This document shows positions 38,351 to 52,179 of a DNA stretch of 64,000 bases, piece after piece. The stretch comes from Podarcis liolepis (lineage: Eukaryota), in assembly GCA_965112155.1 (NCBI GenBank), contig OZ218100.1. The stretch is one strand, 5' to 3'. Within the stretch, counting starts at the first letter, position 1, and each line of letters opens with the position of its first letter. The translations under genes were made by a program, and so were the position numbers. Below the pieces are notes generated by a model. The model saw nothing but the letters and a program-made list of their open reading frames with translations, made no database searches and was not told where the DNA came from.

Positions 38351-40164
38351 TTAATGTGAGTCCACAGATTAAGTCACCTGGATTATAACTTGCCTCACTT
38401 GATAGCCTAACAATCTAAAATCATTGTTCTTGGTTGTGAAGTGATCAGCCATCATATCCCACTGCCGCTTATAATATCATCACTGAAGGCACAGCAAAGG
38501 TCGCTGTGTAGTGACCGAGCATTAATCTGAACAAGTATATATAAATAAAGATGAATGTAAAAGAAGCCTAAGAAGACTTCGTCATGATCATCCATTTGAG
38601 TAGGCATACATATGGGATTTCCACTGCAAGAATATTTAAGAATGTTTTAAAGCAAACATATCTCTAAACAAAACAGAATAGGGAAATTATTGTTATTTCT
38701 TTCCTCCCTGGGGAAAATATATCTTTTTTTCCCTTTTTTTACTATTTGGACGCTGAAAATGTATGCACTGCCTGGAAGTTTAATCCTTGGTGGTTCTGCC
38801 TGTGTTGAGTCTCGTGTTTTGACTCTGTGTCCCAGTATTCCACAGGGGAATGTTTCTGCACCATGTTCCTTTTTCAAAAACAAGCCTTGGAAAACTTCAG
38901 GCTTCCCACACTGCATTGCAATTTTTCGGATATATGATGGAGTGGCTCAAACAGTGTCAACTAGGGAGCTAGCTTCTAATGCCTTGAAAACAGAACCTCG
39001 GAGGATTAATTTTTGCCACCCGGTGCTTGAGCTATCTTCCTCTGGAGGCCATGGTAGACTCTATAATGCAGTAAAGCCCGCCACCCATTCTGTTGCTATG
39101 CGGATAGCATTAATATATGATCTTTTAAATACCTTGACAACTGAGTGCATGTCCAATATTGCCTTTAAAAACAATCTTCCAAATAGGGAGCTGATCATCA
39201 AATGTTGAGCAAGTCACCCAGATTCATCTTTTTTGCATATCGCCCAGTTTCAGCTCTCACACAATGGAAAGTGTTCTTGCCTTCAGATGAGAATCATGTA
39301 GTGTTGAGTGATGAGAGACTAGAGCAATGCATATCATTTATTTATTTATTTACCTCCTACTTTATTTATTGCTTCAAGCTGATGCATCTAAGTAGTATAT
39401 AGTAAAATCATTATACAAAATCAGTACGTAAGATACAAAACAGGCTAAGATATATGCTCCTGTGAAGCCCCACCCCCCAGAATTATACTCAGTTCTTTCC
39501 TTTTATTTTTTTAAACCCAGTTTGAATTCTGAACCATTTTATTTTATTTTATTTGTTCAAGTACTGAATACTGATCCCATTTAACTGTGAGCACCTCTGC
39601 TCATTCTGTTCTTTTCTCACGCACACTGCCCCCCCAAAAAAAACTTCATGAAAAACTTTCAGGGGGGAGCAGGAGCTAAACTCAGCGCTCCAAATGAACT
39701 CACTTTCATTTCCCTGCAATTGTTCCCTATTTTTTCCTATGCAAGCGTCAGATGAGGCACGTCATTCCCTGGCTACTATCCATGCATTCTTTTATTTTCC
39801 CTCTTGCACAATTCCTCATTATTATTAATAACAATACTTAAGTCATAGCACTGACTCCAGCCCTGCCAGGGGAGGAGAAAAGGGCTGCACAAACTTGGAT
39901 GTGCCATGCATCTCTTCCAGTGAGCTGCTGAACTGGAATGCACACAGGAGTGGCTTCCTCTGCTGGAGAACATAACTTCAGACAGTTCCCTGTCTCCACT
40001 GGGTATGCATTCTAAATGTAGGCCCAGGTCATTTATGCATCTCACTGAATCTTCCACTGAGCATTTCCATGAGATAGCCTACAAGTAAGGGCTCTTGTCC
40101 AGGGTGGAATATTTTGACACCAAAGAAAAATGACAAAATGGCTGGGGAGGGAGTGAGGCTAGCA

Positions 40165-40300
40165 CAGGCATCCCCAGCCTTTGGGGATCCAGATGTTTTG
40201 GACTACAATTCCCATCATTCCTGACCACTGGTCCTGTTAGCTAGGAATGATGGGAGTTGTAGGCCAAAACATCTGGAGGGCCAAAGGTTGGGGATGCCTG
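40165..40300. mobile_element. Palindromic hAT MITE
   Basis: CAGGCATCCCCA ... TGGGGATGCCTG. TSD GGCTAGCA / GGCTAGCC. Confidence 0.85.
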
Positions 40301-40469
40301 GGCTAGCCCATGACCCCAAAGCACATAGGCCATTATCAAAGTTGACCTGTAGGCAGTGACCAGAGGCAGGAGTGGCTATAGTTCACCTCTGACCAGGAGT
40401 GGCTGGCAGGAAGGAGGAATCAGAAATAATAAGTGCCAAAGCTATCAGTAGCAAAATGTTGTTCTAGGG

Positions 40470-40586
40470 CAAGGTTTCCTAAACTTGGGTCTCCAGCTGT
40501 TTTTGGACTACAGTTCCCATCATCACTAAGGGATGATGGGAGTTGTAGTCCAAAAACATCTGGAGCCCCAAGTTTAGGAAGCCCTG
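40470..40586. mobile_element. Palindromic hAT MITE
   Basis: CAAGGTTTCCTAAACTTGGG ... CCCAAGTTTAGGAAGCCCTG. TSD TTCTAGGG / ATCTAGGG. Confidence 0.8.
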
Positions 40587-40757
40587 ATCTAGGGTGACCA
40601 AAAATCAGATTAGAATTTAATTAGGCGCAGACCTAGTTCTCAGTGGCTTCCATTCATTCCTAAATGAGCTGCAATTGGCAAGGCAGCTTGGAAGGGGCAA
40701 ATTAATTGGGAACTAGGAGAATGCTTGCCAAAGGGGGTTGGGACTTGTTCCCAATTA

Positions 40758-41122
40758 AAGGTAAAGGTACCCCTGCCCGTACGGGCCAGTCGTGTCCGAC
40801 TCTAGGGTTGTGTGCCCATCTCACTTAAGAGGCCGGGGGCCAGCGCTGTCCGGAGACACTTACGGGTCATGTGGCCAGCGTGACGAAGCTGCTCTGGCGA
40901 GCCGGCACCAGCACAGCACACGGAAACGTCGTTTACCTTCCCTCTAGAAAGTGGTACATATTTATCTACTTGCACTTTTAGGGGTGCTTTCGAACTGCTA
41001 GGTGGGCAGGAGCTGGGACCGAAGACAGGAGCTCACCCCACCGTGGGGATTCGAACCGCCGACCATGCGATCGGCAAGCCCTAGACGCTGAGGTTTTACC
41101 CACAGCGCCACCCGTGTCCCCG
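40758..41122 (-). mobile_element. Sauria SINE, full length, distinct subfamily
   Basis: aaggtaaaggta tail ... cacagcgccacccgtgtccc head. Perfect 12-bp TSD TGTTCCCAATTA at 40746 and 41123. Confidence 0.9.
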
Positions 41123-41657
41123 TGTTCCCAATTACTTAATAATAATTCCATAATATGTTAAAAAAAGAAGAAGCTGTTATTCAGTCCTATAGAAGAAAGC
41201 AAAGGGCTACATTGCAAGGAGGCATCTTTTCCAGCTCTGACATTGGTTGACCTGGTCTCCACTGAAATGAACCCCACGGGGAACATGGAATACATTGTAC
41301 ACCCGCTGGGGTCCTTGCAGTCTATGAGCTCTCTTGCTCTCTGTCTTTCTGGCTCTTGGTCTTCTCCATTTCAGTCTCCCTACAGTGCAAACACTGCTTT
41401 GGATATCATATTTAAAGAGTTAACAAGGCTTTTCCATGTGTGAAAAGGTATGTTGTCAGCTGGCCTCTGGCCAGTTTCTGAGACCCATTGAAAGCCATTC
41501 CCTGCCGTTACTTATTCAGACAAGATAGCTGTGCATGATTTGCAGACTTGGGAGCCGTTCGTGTGAGTGACATTGTATTCTACAGGGATGGGATTAAGAC
41601 CAGTTCTAGGGAACCATTCTGTGTAAAAAGAGAGAGAAAGAGTCCTTAAAGCTAATA

Positions 41658-42011
41658 CAGTGGTGCCCTGCAAGACGAATGCCTCGCAAGACGAAAAACT
41701 CGCTAGACGAAAGGGTTTTGTGGTTTTTGAGCTGCTTCGCAAGACAAATTCCCCTATGGGCTTGCTCCGCAAGACGAAAACGTCTTGTGTTTTTTGCAAG
41801 TTTGTTTCCTTTTTCTTAACATCGTTAATACAGTTGCGACTTGACTTCGAGGAGCAACTCATAGAACGCGGTGTGGTAGCCTTTTTTGAGGTTTTTGGTG
41901 ATTTTTGAAGCTTTTCCAAAACTTTTCCGACACCGTGCTTCGCAAGACGAAAAATTCGCTAGACGAAAAAACTCACGGAACGAATTAATTTCGTCTTGCG
42001 AGGCACCACTG
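41658..42011. mobile_element. Tc1/mariner (Tigger-like) MITE, gcaagacgaa-repeat family
   Basis: TA|CAGTGGTGCC ... GGCACCACTG|TA with subterminal gcaagacgaa repeats. Confidence 0.85.
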
Positions 42012-42299
42012 TACATGGAGCAGCAGTGTAATCCTATGCTGCGTGAGCAGGTTTCATTTCTTCATCCTTCACTTTCAGTAAGGCTAACACACTGGACACT
42101 ATGCAGGCAAGAAGAATTGCGCAAGTACCAGGTGCTCCATCAAGTCATTTAGGGTTTCTATGTTAGCATCTTGAATTGGGCCCAGTAACATAATGGCAGC
42201 CAGTGATACTTGCTCAGGATCAGTGTTGTATGATTCCCATTGTTCCAACTTTCCATTGAGGCTGAGTAGACATAGGGGTGCTTAACATGGGTTGCTTCA

Positions 42300-43007
42300 A
42301 CATACCTCCACATGTGGTGGGAATGTCCCAAAACCCAACCCTTCTGGACTGCAATCATACAAGAAATATGCAAAATAACTAAGCAAGTATTAGAAGTCAC
42401 CCCAGAACTGGCCCTACTAAACATCTTCCAAGATAATAATGCCCACTCACATCATAAAGAGCTCATAACCCACCTTCTCTCAGCAGCCAGAAACATCATA
42501 GCCAGACACTGGAGAAATCTGTCAGGAGTAAGCATGGACCAATGGTACCAAATAGTATGGGAAACAGTCTTATTAGAAAAACTAACAAATAAACTGAAAC
42601 TGACATGGGGACAAATAGAAGAAGACGCCTTCACCCCAGTATGGCTCCCCTATATCACACACACAGCCCAACAAGACGACAAGAATCTGCCAAAAATCTA
42701 CAAATCAGTCTGGCTAACCTGACTCAGAAATACACACACACCGTTCACATACAAAAACAAATCTCACTACAGCCACCCAAAGACAACCAACCACAACCTA
42801 GGCTACCACCAACCTCTCTCACCATCAAGGAAACGTAACAAATCTCTCTCCCCCTCTTTTCTTCCTCACCTAACATTGTATGTAACACTAATGTCTCACA
42901 ACAAATGAAACTGAATTGTAGGAAACACAACTTGAAAAAAGAGACAAAAGTGTTTTTGTACAATAAGAAATGTTTAATAAAAATATTTTTTAAAAGAAAG
43001 AAAGAAA
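42300..43007 (+). mobile_element. 5'-truncated L1-clade LINE: ORF2 C-terminus, 3'UTR, AATAAA and A-rich tail
   Basis: ORF 42312-42722 (H)MWWECPKTQPFW...AARNIIARHWRN...FTPVWLPYI is an L1 ORF2 end. TSD GGTTGCTTCA / GGTTGGTTCA. Inserted next to a minus-strand L2 remnant (HWLPLCYWAQFKML). Confidence 0.85.
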
Positions 43008-43800
43008 GGTTGGTTCATGCTGTTAGTAAATACCATGGGACCCGATATCATTTCTTTATGATTCTTTGACACTCAGCATAGAATGGGAGTGGCTCTTTGG
43101 GCACCCTCCCTTCTGGCCCGCAGACCTTGCCCCCTTTCTCAGGTGAGATAGGAGCAAACAAAGGTGGCCTGTTGACTACTTGCTTGGAACAGCAAGTAAA
43201 CCTGACCTAAAAGGCTTCAAAGGGATTGCGTACTGTTCAGCTCCCTGCTATAGCTCCCAAGCTGCTGTATGCAGGAGCTGGGAGTGGTGATGTGCCAAGT
43301 AGCACAAAGAGTGTGCACAAAGAGTATGAACATCTGTACCACATGGCCCAGTCAGGCCTATTGATGTGAAGATGCGTCCTTATTGTCTTGTCTTGTCTTC
43401 CTGTTTGGCTAACTGAGGTCCATCTCAGTTCAGACGTTTTTACCGACACATTTACCTGCAATGTATACAGGATCACTGGCGCCCTCAATCATTCCTCACA
43501 TTTAGGGACTAAACATTGAGACAGGGAGATCCCACACAGAGATGTATGTAGTGGAGCTCAGTTTCTGAAGCCACATACTGTACATGGGAAGGCACGACGC
43601 AATAGTGTATTTATGCAAATCTAATGCACCATTGAATCTAATGTGTGCCTCAATTTTCAAAACCCTTGAAACCAAAAAAGTATTTGCTATGCCAGTGGTG
43701 CTTTTCAAGCTTGCAATCAAATTTCATGTGCATCCTAATTTTTTGCAATGTAATTTGGCCAAAAAAGAAGTGCATTGCATTTGAGTAAATACGGCATGGG

Positions 43801-43803
<3 letters not shown>

Positions 43804-43843
<40 letters not shown>
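43804..43843. repeat. (TG)n microsatellite
   Basis: Direct observation. Confidence 0.95.
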
Positions 43844-43845
<2 letters not shown>

Positions 43846-46800
43846 ATCTCAGCAGACAGTGGCTCAAAAGAAAGTTAGTCATATTAACCTCCCGCTGAAA
43901 TTAATTGGGCACATATAAATTAGAAACAACTAATCTGCCCTTCTGATTTCAAAGGGGCTTAAGCACAGCTAACTTTTTTTCTGGATTTGGAGCAATAATC
44001 TTTCTGTTAAAATAAAATAAAAATCTAAGCTACCACGGGATGAATCCCCACCAACTCCGAACTGATACCTCTTAAGTACTTGACAACCCACCCACCCCTA
44101 TCTGTACAGTCCAAGGGAGGCAGTAAAACCACGAAGTTCCTTTTAAAAAGGTATGCTGTCAGATGTGGGCAATGGGCTGCATTTTGATCTCAGCCAATTG
44201 GACCTGTTAGCATATTATTGAAAGAGGTGATTGGCATTTCGAGGTGGGTTGCTAACCTTCTACTTTTCAGACTGCCCCATTCCAATGCTGAAATTGCCTT
44301 TTCTTCTTCTCTCTTGCCTAGATGAAATAACAGCTGTCACAGTCCTGCCTCTTCTAAATTGCTGTATTTCCTTCAAATCCATCCTTGTAGCTTTCTTGCT
44401 CTTTGTTAAGTCTTGTCTTAAGGATGCCAGCGATTTGTTAGATTTTTCAATATAGTGCTGCAGCAAACGTTTCCATTTGAATAACCCCATCACTAGGAAA
44501 ACATACCCCCCCCAAAAAAAAAACCACAATAGACAGTCCTCATTCCTGCAGAGTGCCAGCAGCAGCCAGTGTACAAAAGGGTTTCTTCTATAGTGAGGGA
44601 AAAGTCACTAATTTTTTCACAAGATCTTTACTGGTGCCTTGGAAAACTATCCAGGTCCTTTTCTGCATGGATACAAATACGCGAAATCCGGGTGAAATGT
44701 AATGATTTCCAGTAGTCTGCACTGGCGTGAGCAGTTCCTCTGTTGGCAGATGAAAAAATATATCAAATGTACAAGCTCATTTGGTAGATGAGGCAGCATA
44801 ATTTCTGGTGTTCAGGCCATGAGCGCCGTTGCTTATGTAACCAAAACAGCACCACCTACCCGCGGAAGGTATCAGCAGGCTTGGGAGAATCCCAGGTTTT
44901 GCAGAAGTACAAAAAAAGGTCTTAAGAAGATGAGCCCAAAACAGGCCAGTGAGGAACTGAGCATGCTCAGTGGCCATGGAATGCTGACTGATTATTGACA
45001 GGGAGGAGCCAGAAAACCCGGAAGGAAGCGGAATGGAATGGAGTGGCTGGAACCCTAAGCAGAAGTATCACCACACTGCAGCATTTTGTTGCCAGCCCCA
45101 CTTGCATAAATTTAATAATAATAAATACGGGTCAGTGGATTGCTGCAGAGAAATCAGCAGTTTGTTATAATAATAAATGTTGCAGCAGAGAGCGGGTTGC
45201 AAAGAAATGTGGCTGGAATCCTTAAAGAGGGACTTTCTTTCTGAAGGCAACCTTTCAAACATAAATAAACCTGTGGGTTTGCATTCAATGCTAGCTCTGC
45301 TCAGAGTAAACCCACTGAAAACTATGGACATGACTCACCTAGCTCTATTAATTCCAATGAGTTTTACTCTGAGCATAGCTTATTTGGATACAGTCCATGG
45401 AAATTTCCCATGTTGGTGTTTGCTTTCTTTAAAAAGGCAACAAAACAAAACAAAACTTGTAACTACGGAACCCAAATATTTGTGCATTTTTATCTAGGGC
45501 TTTTTCCTATTCTGCTGCTTTTAAAAAGTCATAATGTTGCACATGCACTTTCTTACTGAACCTGTCCTAGATACAGGATTATGACTTTGCAGTTTGGCAA
45601 ATAAATAAGTCCCTGTTTAAAATGCAGTGTCCTGCACAGTAATAGTAATGGGAACACCAGAGATTACTGGCCGAGTAAATTTATTTTTGTGTGAATGTTC
45701 TCTCTTTTCAAGTTTGCTTCAGTGTGAATGTCCCTCTTTAAGGTAAGGCCTACAGTGGGGAAAATGCCCAGGTAGGTTTGTTTCCAGGCCTAATACATGC
45801 AAACGCGAGGTGTCCCTCTCCAGTCTCATAATATATTTCCATTCAGTCATCCCGGTGCATGGCAAGTGGCGTTTAACAGAGGGGGACGCCAAGGGGCTGT
45901 AGTGCATGCGTCTGCATGGAATGTATTCTGCTCAAATCAACTTTGGGCAGTGGAGTTTGGCCCACGTACCATTGGAAAACACTCCTTCATTGACTCCCCT
46001 GCCTCCCTTCTCACCCTTAAGGACTCTTGACACCTCCAAGTCCCTTCTCACAGTCCTGATCAGTGTATTGGAAAGGGATGATAGAACTTGCCTGTGGCTT
46101 ATGTTTGCTAGCATCTAAACAGTGGAGAGAAGGGAAAGCCAGGTGGGCCTCTTTTGCTCCAGCTGCCGTCAACGTGCTTCTCTACGTTGGTGGCAGCCAG
46201 GAGGGTTTGGCTCGAGAGCAGACGGAAGCAGGAGCACAGAGGAAAGGTTGGGGGTGGGGCAAACAGAATGGTAGGGGGTCAAGACCTGATTGAACACCCA
46301 CCCACACACCCACACACCCCGTCCTAAAGGGGTTTCAGTATTCAAGGACAATGAATCATTTGGGGGCCAAGCAACCCACCAGTGTGTGCATCCTGAGCAA
46401 TAGGAGCAGGTTGTCAGAAACCTGCAAACACAGGGGAAGAGGGCTCCTGATTTTACATGGAGCTCCAATCACATTTGGACTTCTCCATTCTCTTTTGTGA
46501 AGAGGTTTAATGCTCAAGAGGCAGCACATGCATGCGTAGGGAGCATTTCTTTTATTGATGGAGAAGGTCTAGAGGACAGTCCATATGTTCATATTACAAG
46601 ACTAAGGAGTTCCTATATTATATGGATTTTGGGTCATGGCCAATTACTTTTTTTTAATCCTTTGTGAGATTTAGGGGGGGCTCCTGCCATCCAACCCCAC
46701 AGGTGGATATTTATTGCTGTTTATGTTCATTTCCAAAGCACAGTGATGTGTTTATTTAGTTTTAATTGTAGCACCCTGTGCGTTGCTTCTCTCCGCCCTT

Positions 46801-48686
46801 TTTAAAGAAGGAGGATGTTCCCTTAACTGGGATTTCTGCCAAGTGCCACCACTCCTATCCTACCATTGTTGTGGCCAGAGAAATCTGTTGACCAAGTTTG
46901 CAACATCCCCCCCCCTTACTCCGTAACTTTATCGTGCAGTCAGTCCTCTGCATGACTCCTTAAAAATCAGTGGGCTGGTTTCAGTAGGTCTACTTCGATT
47001 CTCACTTAGCAAGCTACAATCCCAGCAAATGTATGATGTTGCAAACTGATGAAGCCCACTTCATCAGACACATGAACTGTTACCCAGACAGTGGAGTGGG
47101 AATTGTGAAGAGTGAGGTCAGAGGGAAAATAAAACCCAAACATGCATATTTGTTTCTGTGACAGTTAACCAACTCATTTGAAACCCTGGAGTTTCCTATG
47201 TTCCTAACAGAGCAGTGTTGATGATAACAAAACCTCCTGGCATTGGGAAGCTGATTAGCACATGAAGTGGGATAAATACACGATATCTTGATCCAGGCCA
47301 CAAGTGATACAGTTGAATTTCTTGCTCAGCTGTTTCCTACTGGAGCCTCTCTTCTGAAGTGCCATTTCAGAATGTCTGCTGCTGCTGTTTTTGCTGCAGG
47401 AGAGCAGCACTGGAAATTTTGGTGGCAGATAATGTATAATAAGAAATGAAGTTCTAAAACAAGACCACACCATGCCCATGTTATTTGTGGCATTCAGCAT
47501 CCAGTGCGCTTTGCATCTTCTGCAGCTTGCCATTGTACAGTCTCTGAGAAAAACGTTCGCCGTGGGGTGCCGTGCCTTTAAAAAAACACCCTTGCCCATG
47601 AACTAGGCACCACCTATAAGACTGGAATCTTAAGACAGTAATGCTAAGAAGGAGTAGAAATGCCGCTGGACCTGTTTGCTGTGCTCAGCAGAAGGGCCCC
47701 AACAAAGGGCTTCAAAACAGATCACTTTCATGAGAAGGATAAGGAAGGGCGGTCCAGTATTCTCAGTTCTGCGTTTAGGAAGGCAATCGCTAAGGCCCAA
47801 AACAGAGGGAGTAAATGCATTCGCAGATACTTTGGCCCTAAATTGTACATTTGGTTCTTTGAAAAATTAACTTTTGTTCACACCCCCAAGTTTAATTTTC
47901 GCTGCAGAGCCAGCCCAAATTGTTTTGCTTCCTGAGGTGGAGGGAAGGGTGGTGCCCATCTGAAGAAATGTGGGGCTTAAATGTAATAAATAAATGCCTA
48001 GAATTTGAGCTTGTGAACATGGCAGGCAAGCCATCATAACCAATCTGCTGTTTGTCAGGTGCAAACCCGTGTATCTGTATCCTCCTGATACAGGGGTGGA
48101 GGGGAAATCGAATTTGCATTGCATTTCAATTCAGGCCTAACTCGTTAACTCTTCCAGAAATGAGCCAAACTTTGTGATGCTGTTGTCCAACTAAAAAAAA
48201 AAAAAAAGTGTGCAGAAATGCATATGGGAGAGGAAGGTGTGCCTGCAAATGCGCATCTATATGAGTGCAGATGACACGCCCAGCACATTACATTAAGCAA
48301 AATGGCTTGCTAGAATTAGAAGTGATGCAAATGAATTTTTACCATGCTATTTTTAAACTTTATTTTAAAGCAAATGGATGTGGAAATATAGGCAGCTGAA
48401 CTTAAGATTGGGGCAATGAGAAATTAACAGGTTTGCCCATGTCTACCCCCTTGTTTCTTCAGAAAAGCTGCTTGGAGCACAGAGTGAGAGGAGCAGCAGT
48501 GCTTAACCTTTTCTCCACCTGCCAGTTCCTCACTCTACATTGCCTTCCCCATGTGGCTTTTCATCCCAGCATCTTTCAATAGTATTCTCCCCCCTCCCCT
48601 CCCATTTTTTTTGCTCTTGCTTAAAAAAAATATTAAGCTCATCAGACCACAATTACTTTAATTCAACCAGGAACTTCCTAAGAAAA

Positions 48687-48909
48687 GAGAGTCAGTGTGG
48701 TGTAGTGGTTAAGAACAGTGGACTCGTAATCTGGTGAATCGGGTTCGATTCCCTGCTCCTCCACATGCAGCCGCTGGGTGACCTTGGGCTAGTCACACTT
48801 CTCTGAAGTCTCTCATCCTTACTCACCTGACAGAGTGTTTGTTGTGGGGGAGGAAGGGAAAGGAGAATGTTAGCCACTTTGAGACTCCTTAGGGTAGTGA
48901 TAAAGCGGG
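48687..48909 (+). mobile_element. Squam3-like SINE, 3' end lost in the gap
   Basis: Highly similar to the 3254 and 38099 copies. Confidence 0.8.
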
Positions 48910-49193
48910 NNNNNNNNNNNNNNNNNNNNNNNNNNNNNNNNNNNNNNNNNNNNNNNNNNNNNNNNNNNNNNNNNNNNNNNNNNNNNNNNNNNNNNNNNNN
49001 NNNNNNNNNNNNNNNNNNNNNNNNNNNNNNNNNNNNNNNNNNNNNNNNNNNNNNNNNNNNNNNNNNNNNNNNNNNNNNNNNNNNNNNNNNNNNNNNNNNN
49101 NNNNNNNNNNNNNNNNNNNNNNNNNNNNNNNNNNNNNNNNNNNNNNNNNNNNNNNNNNNNNNNNNNNNNNNNNNNNNNNNNNNNNNNNNNNNN
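48910..49193. other. Assembly gap (N run)
   Basis: 284 consecutive N. Confidence 1.
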
Positions 49194-49610
49194 CACTCCA
49201 TCCTGTTCCCCACATCACTTTGTCCCTCTCGCTGCCTCTCAACCTCCTCCTCCTCTCTCATCCTGTCTTCCACATTCACTCTATCATTTTATCTCTGACC
49301 TCTACCTTCATGCCATGCCTTTCTATTTTCTCCTTTGCCTCTTGCCTCTGGTTTTCCCACCCACCCACCCACCTGCTCTTCTCAATTAAAGTAAAAAATA
49401 AGTAAGTATTGAGGTCTGATCCTAGGTGGGGAGGAGGGAGGGAATGGTCTCAACATGGCTGGTATTCTCATGTTGGCTTCTACGTAGGCAGGGTCCAAAA
49501 GCAGCCCAGACTTGGCCAGTTGGTGCAGAAAGGCAGTTGCTGGGAACTGCGGAGAGATGGTGGGGACGGCTTTGCGGGAGAGGTGTTTGCAAAGGAGGAT
49601 TAATATAAAA

Positions 49611-49961
49611 CGAGGGTGGGGGACCCTTTTCATCCTGAGGTCCACATTCCTTCCAGGACAAGCTTCCAGAGACCACAAGCCAGTGGTGGGTGGGGCCAGA
49701 GGCAAAAGTGGGTGGAGCAATTGATGTAAATTTCACAGTAGGCTAGTTTCTACACACACTCGCAATCCCCCTTCTACCCTCTATGCAGGCAAGCAAAAGG
49801 CATTGTTAGGGTTCAAGGACACATTCCAGCCAGGCAAAATCATGCAAGCAGGGTACAAACCAGGGCCAGTGAGGGGTGTGGCTTGGGGAGAGTCCATAGG
49901 GCCAGGTAGAAAGGCTTGGGAGGCCGCCTTTGATTCCTGGAAGTTTGGCTCCGCAGCCCTG
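49611..49961. mobile_element. Old hAT-type MITE
   Basis: Degenerate TIRs cgagggtggggga / tccgcagccctg. 8-bp TSD ATATAAAA / ATATAAAG. Confidence 0.5.
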
Positions 49962-52179
49962 ATATAAAGCAACCAAAGAGGAATGAAGATTGAAAGGGGG
50001 GGGGAGTCATAGCTGTTCCTCTTCTCGGTGCTTCAGGTAGGCCTACATTGCTAAAAGCAAACATATGACTATGGAGTTATTATTTTTATTTTCTTGGTGC
50101 ACTTGTAGTTTAGCAAACAAACAAAGTCAAACACACAAAAGCAAGCCTTTTGAAAAGTAATAGGATAATTAGCTGTTTGGCCGGGAAAGAGAAACATCCA
50201 GGAAAATGCAGGGCAAGCTCTGTTGAGAGGCAGGGCTGCACCAGTTACTGCAGGTCTTGTTTAGACCACACCAAAGAGGTTGATGCTGCAGTTGCATTCA
50301 ACAACTGAGGAGTGGGTGGAAATGGCCACAAAGCCGGTCTTTAGAAAGACTGCGGAACAGCAGAGAAAAGCAAAGCTACTTCATCTGGGTTCTCCCCAAT
50401 AAAGGAGTGCACAAATGATGTGGCTGGAGTGGAAGCAAACTGAATTCCTTCTACTGTAAGAGCATTCTTCAAATTCTTCCCACGCATTACAGTTTCTTTT
50501 CAGCCACTAAGAGGCAGCGGAGTCCTCTTTTCTCTTCTAACAGGTGCTGCAGCAGTAGCAGGTAACAGTTAGCTAATGAATCTATGCTCCATAGCACATT
50601 CTGACTTTGTGCTAGCATTGAATTGCCCAGAGTCAATCCTGGTCTGCTTCTGTGCCATGAACAGTAGCTTGATCTGCAAGAAGCAACAGCAGTAGCTTTT
50701 CGCAGCAAGGAGAGAAGCATTGCCCCCTCTTTATGGCAGCTGAACAAGGTGCTGTGAAAAGGCATAAGAGCAGGAGGCTAGTTTAAAAGTTGGCAGCCCA
50801 GTTTTTACATAACCCTGAGCATGCACCGGAGATGACTTGAGTGATTCACACACCTTCCCTTTGAACTTCTAAGTTTCATGCAGAGACAAACTCTCACATC
50901 TGGTCCCCAAAACTGCAAAGAAATTTCAGCTGGAGGAATTCACTTGGAAGTTCATTGCACACAAATTCATTCCAGCCCTAGAACTGCAATTTTCTTCTTC
51001 ATCCTGCAAGAATGGGGAGCCTGTGTCCTTTAGATAATGTGGGACTGTAACTCCCATCAGCCAGCGCCAGGAATGTTGGAAGTTGTAGTCCAGCAACATC
51101 TATAGGGCCACACCTTCCCCATTCCTATTCCTGAGGCTTTTAATTGGATGACACCCCCTATTTCACTCCCAGTAACCACTGGATGCCACTGATGTTAGAA
51201 GGATGCAAAAGCAGCAATATTTACACCTATTGTCACAAGCTCTTGTCATGCCATGCTTGTGTTATCAAACTCATGCAAGCTTGCAAAATACTCCTATTGC
51301 TTGTCTAAGTAAGACATGAAAATATGTCTATCCCCAAACACAACTAAGAACAAAATAAGGCAATTTCTATTTGGGGGGCCAAATATGTGTGTGGGGTTTT
51401 GTTTGGGGGTGTGTGCGTAGCTTCACAAAAAGTTTTTTTGAAGGTATCTAGGAAAGGGATCCTAGCAAATCAGGAGCCTTGGCCAGCAAATGCACATCCA
51501 GAGCATTGGCAGGGGTAAAACTAGGAAGGAGAGATGGGTAGGGTGGGTGAGACTGGTATGAAAAGCGCTCAATTCTCCCTTCCTTCCCTCCCATTCCTTT
51601 CCATTTTAAATTGCTCCCAGTGGGCAAAGAGGCCATGGGGCTCCGTTGCAAGCAATGGCAACGTTACAGGCAATTTGCTTTCTGATGGGATGGTGTGTGT
51701 AGCCATTGTGCATCATTGCCAAGCCAAGACATACAAGTGAGGTGTGGGGAGTCTATGTCAGGAGCTTGTGTCTCTCCTGCTTTGTACTTGGAAAACCCTT
51801 TAGCTTAAGGTGCTTCCAAAGGAAGGCTTTGCCAGGAAGCATTTCACAGATGGCTGACCTGTTGTATGGTTTTGAAGCAACATCCTCCTGGCTCCCATCT
51901 CCATGGCTGGTGTGACTGAAGTGTTAGGTCTAGCAGCAACCAGTATCAGAGGCAACAGTGGAAGTCATCAAGCCAGCCATTTGCAGAAGTGCAGTGATTG
52001 TTGGGTGAAGCCACTGCCCAGGAGCACCCTGGGGACATTTGAAGGCCAAGTGTTTTATTTATTAACTTTTATTCATTAGATTTATACACCACCCTTCATC
52101 AAAAGGTCTCAGGGCAGTTTCGTGAGATTCAGCTTGTCGGAATGTTGCCCTCATTGTAGAGAATAGGAGCCACACTCCA

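Noticed and set aside
38690-39208. 172-aa ORF
   Set aside because: Non-ATG start, no domain, intronic composition.
41658-42011. Regularly spaced gcaagacgaa repeats as a CRISPR-like array
   Set aside because: These are subterminal repeats of a TA-flanked MITE in a vertebrate intron, with no repeat-spacer periodicity.
48692-49298. Long ORFs spanning N runs (also 17019-17312 and 33611-34013)
   Set aside because: Artifacts of assembly gaps.
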